From: Patescibacteria group bacterium
GTDB lineage: Bacteria > Patescibacteriota > Microgenomatia > Levybacterales > UBA12049
Length of the DNA stretch: 64,000 nt
Direction of reading: 5' to 3'
Assembly: GCA_035946335.1 (NCBI GenBank)
Contig: DASYZL010000022.1
Span: 401-64,400 of the forward strand
The first letter of the stretch is position 1. Each line of letters starts with the position of its first letter. This document shows positions 59,975-64,000 of this stretch, in pieces. Under the pieces are notes generated by a model, which was not told where the DNA came from, made no database searches, and worked only from the letters and a program-made list of their open reading frames with translations. The position numbers and the translations under genes were made by a program.

Positions 59975-62656
59975 TCACGGATTTGAGAAGGTTACAGTAA
60001 TTGTTTTATCCTGATCAAAAGCAAACGCCCCGGTCAACGTATTTTCATTTCTTGACATACCAGCAGGAATACCCAATGGCTTTGCTGTTTTTGGATAAAC
60101 GAGAGAAAATGTGTATGGATATGAAAGTGCTCCTGGTTGCTTAAAGAGTAAAGCGCTGTAGGTAAAAGCAGGTTGCGACATAACAAATGTTTGAGGTATA
60201 TCATAATGAATGACAATGGTGTTTGTTTGATTTGTGGGAACGGTAACAAGAAATCCGTAGATTGTTTTTCCCTCTTCGCCTGTTCGTTCTGTCTCCAAAC
60301 CAATTGGAGCCTGAAACCCGGGAGCCTCATACACTGCTGGATTTGTTACCGCTGCCACCAATCGTTGATCGATTCCATTAATAATAACTGAACGAAGTAT
60401 TGCATTTTCCGGCAGAATGAATCGGAGATAGTTTTTATATGGTCCTCCAGGCCAGTTTCCGTTATTCGTATTCGTATACGTGACAGTCAGTTGCGCGGAA
60501 ACACTACCTGAAGGAGCTATTGTCACCTGTTGAGCAACAGATCGTTTCAGGAAGTAGTTGTCTTTATTCACGCCAATATTTGCCTCATTAATACCGGTAA
60601 AATCGTTTACCCTGTTCTGATTCGATGGTCGTGGATCCCAGAGGGATGAAGATAAGTCATTTACCGTTAATGCATCTTGCACAAATGGGTCTGCATCTGC
60701 AAAAAGAATATGTTTTTCCTGTATGCTCATCGTTATCATTTGTATGATGCCAAAAGGTGATACATGTTTTATCTTTAATGATTCCTGAAGTGCAATAAAC
60801 AATGCTTGTAAAAAGTCCTGTTTCTGCGTTGAGCCGGCAAAGGTGTTTTTTTCCGCGTGTTTTTCGGTGAGGAGAAAAAAGTTTTCTGCCGTGACCGTTT
60901 GATTATATTGGGGTATATACACTGGGCCAACAGCTGTAATGAGCTGTTGCACAAATGATAAGTCAATTGCGATAACACCATCAACCTGTTGATTTGTTTC
61001 TTCTTTGAGAAAAAACGCGGCATCAGCAGCCGATTTTGCAAAATCAACATCAAATCCGCTATCACGTAAATACCAGTGCACAAGCGGTATATATCGCCGG
61101 ATCACAAACGGTGGCTCAATATGACCTTTCAATTGCCCGTCTGCATCATAAACATTATGAATACTCATATCACTTATCTTCCCCTTGTCCATTGCCATAA
61201 TGGCGTATGATCCGATAAAACCCCCGCTAGGACGTAATTCCATGTTGTTTTGGAAAAGAATAAGATATGTTTGTTTTTTATTCACCCCAAGCAACTGTGG
61301 CAAGAGGGGACTTGTATTGGTAAGGAGAGGTTCTACGGACTGCATTGCAGCTACGTCAGCGGAAGGTATGCGAAAAAAGGAAGGAATATGCATTTGCTCA
61401 AAAGACAGTAGTGCACTTTGCAATGCACCAATACCATCTTGCAATGTCGCTCCTGGCGTCCATGATGTTCCGTTTGTTGCAGTAGTATAATCTTCTCCTG
61501 CAATAGCAAATAATTTTACAGTTCTGGCAAGTTGCATCTGATTTACAAGCATATTCTTGATACTGGTAACGATGGCACCTTCTCCCAAAATTTCAAGAAC
61601 AGAAAATACAGATGTACTACTTGTTTGAGTAAAGGTAAAAAAATTTTCTGAGGCCTGGGCAACAGATATTCCCTGGTAAAATTGCTGTTGAGAAAGCAAT
61701 CTGGGTAATTGACTCAAAAGAAATATGCCGAAAAATTCACTGAAAATAGGCAGCAGAACAAGAAAAAGGAAACAGCTGAGGAAAACCCATAGTTTATATT
61801 TCCAAGTAAAAACCTTTTTCTTGACTGTTGTAGACGTTGATGCAGGAAAAAATGCTTCCGGGGTTGTTTCTTTTCTGTCTTTTTTTTCTATTTGTCCATC
61901 CTGCCGGTATCGATGGAATGCGTGGATAATAGTAGCGAGAGAAGTTTCTTGTTTGGCAAGATAAATTCCATTCCTGGAAGGAGATAGATCAGATTGGTTT
62001 TCTTCTGAAAAGTCTATCTTTAACATTGGGTCTGCTTTTTGCAATACATGCGCAATTGCGAGAAATGTAAAAGGATGGTTGGAAAAGGCATAAGCAATTT
62101 TTGTTCGCCCTGTTCCAAACCCAACGTGCAAAATCGCTTCAATTGTTTCCTGGAAACTGACTGGGTAAACAGAACCAACTCCCGTATTCGGTAAGATGAT
62201 AGTTGCATTTTGTTTTGCATAATAAAACAACTTCTGTATTTGACCCTTATTCTTTTCATCGTATATATCTCCTGTTACAACAATCGAAGACAAAACGCCG
62301 TCCTTATGTATTGTTTCTGAAAGATGTGTCGAATATACCTGACGGTCGCAAACAAAAATAAATCTCCCGTTTGTTGCGTGAGCCTTTGTGAGTAATGGCT
62401 CAACAAGCGTTTCTGGTGTTTGTGTATCTGCAATAAAAAATATATGGGAGTAATTTCCATCAGGAATTTGCGGAATATCTCCCTCAAAAGGTACATGAAT
62501 GACGCTTTCATTTGCAGGAGGAGTATGCGAAACCATGACAACAGTCATTTCATCAACCATTCTTTCTGCAAGAAAATCCGAAAATCGTTTTTTTCTATCA
62601 ATAATTAAAACAATATATTCTTGATCTTTTTGCTGCGTAACAACGTGAAGTGGCAT
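59975..62656 (-). CDS. DUF4012 domain-containing membrane protein
   Basis: TYLILFQNNMELRPSGGFIGSY, LRDS...DF, VDGVIAID, N.G.NK, KQPG. Confidence 0.85.
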   Translation of the reverse strand: MPLHVVTQQKDQEYIVLIIDRKKRFSDFLAERMVDEMTVVMVSHTPPANESVIHVPFEGDIPQIPDGNYSHIFFIADTQTPETLVEPLLTKAHATNGRFIFVCDRQVYSTHLSETIHKDGVLSSIVVTGDIYDEKNKGQIQKLFYYAKQNATIILPNTGVGSVYPVSFQETIEAILHVGFGTGRTKIAYAFSNHPFTFLAIAHVLQKADPMLKIDFSEENQSDLSPSRNGIYLAKQETSLATIIHAFHRYRQDGQIEKKDRKETTPEAFFPASTSTTVKKKVFTWKYKLWVFLSCFLFLVLLPIFSEFFGIFLLSQLPRLLSQQQFYQGISVAQASENFFTFTQTSSTSVFSVLEILGEGAIVTSIKNMLVNQMQLARTVKLFAIAGEDYTTATNGTSWTPGATLQDGIGALQSALLSFEQMHIPSFFRIPSADVAAMQSVEPLLTNTSPLLPQLLGVNKKQTYLILFQNNMELRPSGGFIGSYAIMAMDKGKISDMSIHNVYDADGQLKGHIEPPFVIRRYIPLVHWYLRDSGFDVDFAKSAADAAFFLKEETNQQVDGVIAIDLSFVQQLITAVGPVYIPQYNQTVTAENFFLLTEKHAEKNTFAGSTQKQDFLQALFIALQESLKIKHVSPFGIIQMITMSIQEKHILFADADPFVQDALTVNDLSSSLWDPRPSNQNRVNDFTGINEANIGVNKDNYFLKRSVAQQVTIAPSGSVSAQLTVTYTNTNNGNWPGGPYKNYLRFILPENAILRSVIINGIDQRLVAAVTNPAVYEAPGFQAPIGLETERTGEEGKTIYGFLVTVPTNQTNTIVIHYDIPQTFVMSQPAFTYSALLFKQPGALSYPYTFSLVYPKTAKPLGIPAGMSRNENTLTGAFAFDQDKTITVTFSNP

Positions 62657-62674
62657 TACTTCTATTGTAGAAGA

Positions 62675-63085
62675 TTACAGGAGATTGTCTAGCGCCTGAT
62701 TCACCATGCGGTCTGCTTCTTTGTTTTTTTCCCGGGGAATATGAGAATAGGTAACGGGAATGCCGAGTTGCTGCTCTAGCTGCTTTGCTTTTGCAAAAAG
62801 AGGAATCATATTCGGGTGTTTTACCTGGAAAACTCCATTCATTTGATTGCAGACAAGCTTAGAATCCATAAAGAACTGTATTGCGGTAATATGTTGTTGA
62901 TGAAGGAGGAGCCATTGCATTGCTTCAATCACGGCGGTATATTCTGCAACATTATTCGTAGTTATCCCAAGCTGTATACCAAATTTTGCAAGTTCCTTGC
63001 CATCTTCAGAAACAACATAGATGCCACTGGCTGCAGGGCCAGGATTACCGCGGGAACCACCATCAGTAAATATATGAATAATCAT
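62675..63085 (-). CDS. rnhA: ribonuclease HI
   Basis: TDGGSRGNPGPA, TNNVAEY, DSKLV.NQ, HIPREKNKEAD. Confidence 0.93.
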   Translation of the reverse strand: MIIHIFTDGGSRGNPGPAASGIYVVSEDGKELAKFGIQLGITTNNVAEYTAVIEAMQWLLLHQQHITAIQFFMDSKLVCNQMNGVFQVKHPNMIPLFAKAKQLEQQLGIPVTYSHIPREKNKEADRMVNQALDNLL

Positions 63086-64000
63086 CGAAAAAGAAAAACG
63101 AGGGCAACAAATGCCTCACAAACATCTGTTATTATAGCAGATGCGATGTAACCATAACGAGGGATAAAAAAGAGATTTAAGATAATATTTGCCAACATGA
63201 ATATGGCGTACGCTTGAGCAAGAAATCGTTGCTGTTTCTTTGCAACCAGCATCCACTGCATAATGCTTGTAAGAAAAAATACAGGAAGAGAAATAAGAAG
63301 GATCCGAAGCGGTATAACTGCTTTGATAAATTCAGGTCGTAAGAGATAGAAGATCAACGGGGAAAGAAACCAGAAGATACCGGCGACGAGAATGCCGAAG
63401 CTGATAAAGATAAGATAATATACTTTTTCGTTTTTAACTTTATTTCGAATATTTTTCCGCTCCTTAAGCATATGCGGATAAAGGCTATTTGACAAAAATA
63501 GGGGCAGTGTCAGAAGAAAGTCAAACACGCGATAGGAAGCATCATACAAGGCAATATCTGTGGAAGGACGAAACAACGAAAGCAGGAACATATCAATACG
63601 AAAGTAGACCATATTGAAAAAAAGCATAAGGGCAACAGGAAAAGTCTCTCGGAAAAGCGTTTTCATAAAAGTTTTATTTGACTTTGTTGCTCTATATAAA
63701 AACCTGGCAGAAAATAATCCAACAAAGGCCTGTACATACATGCCTGTGAGAAATGCGATCAAAATCCACATGAGTGACATATGTATGATTGTAAGCAACA
63801 ATACGCCAAGTAAGGTACACAGTGAACCAACCAACGTACTAATAAATACTTGCTTATAGAGAAAGTACTTCTGGAACAAAGCACTTGTAGAAAAAATAAT
63901 TGCCTGTGCAAAAAGAGAGAGGGAAAAAAGAAGGATATTTGATTTGTTCTCTAAAGAAAAACCAATACCACTCAAAGCATCATATGGCAGGAGATAGGTA
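63082..64000 (-). CDS. polysaccharide flippase (Wzx/MATE-like), partial
   Basis: Multi-TM, YFRIDMFLL, ALYDASYR, NIILNLFFIPRYGYIASA; frame stays open to window end. Confidence 0.85.
   Translation of the reverse strand, partial: TYLLPYDALSGIGFSLENKSNILLFSLSLFAQAIIFSTSALFQKYFLYKQVFISTLVGSLCTLLGVLLLTIIHMSLMWILIAFLTGMYVQAFVGLFSARFLYRATKSNKTFMKTLFRETFPVALMLFFNMVYFRIDMFLLSLFRPSTDIALYDASYRVFDFLLTLPLFLSNSLYPHMLKERKNIRNKVKNEKVYYLIFISFGILVAGIFWFLSPLIFYLLRPEFIKAVIPLRILLISLPVFFLTSIMQWMLVAKKQQRFLAQAYAIFMLANIILNLFFIPRYGYIASAIITDVCEAFVALVFLFR

Overview
Chromosomal window (about 40% GC, genetic code 11) from a reduced-genome bacterium, most likely Patescibacteria/CPR of Microgenomates type. That assignment is inferred from TrbC/VirB2-like pilins, VirB4- and VirB6-like genes, DUF4012 and DUF5667-like proteins, class II RNR and an archaeal-type Cmk. 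Most genes are housekeeping: polA, ftsH, trpS, tgt, murD/murI, nrdR-nrdJ, gap/pgk/fba/gpmA/rpe/rpiB, tandem class A PBPs, smpB-ssrA, ruvABC, lepA, rplY, valS, gdhA, nth, rnhA. The most interesting signals lie in the non-coding DNA. (1) An NrdR-boxed operon, nrdR-nrdJ-[cobalamin riboswitch]-pduO-[second cobalamin riboswitch overlapping the pduO stop]-unknown 449-aa Zn-ribbon protein-unannotated 48-aa triple-CxxC microprotein, places two uncharacterised genes under B12 control. (2) A 184-nt group I intron sits in the anticodon loop of a shrunken, non-canonical initiator-type tRNA(CAU). (3) The decoding RNAs are odd: tRNA-Ile(UAU), tRNA-Ser(ACU), a C33 tRNA-Ser(GCU), and a tmRNA with a 38-codon tag and aberrant T-loop. 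(4) A ~0.9-kb islet at the tRNA 3' end carries an RNAP alpha-CTD-like ORF. (5) Leaderless-type promoters are pervasive. No CRISPR array, rRNA, transposase or prophage was seen. All calls come from reading motifs by eye; no database searches were run.
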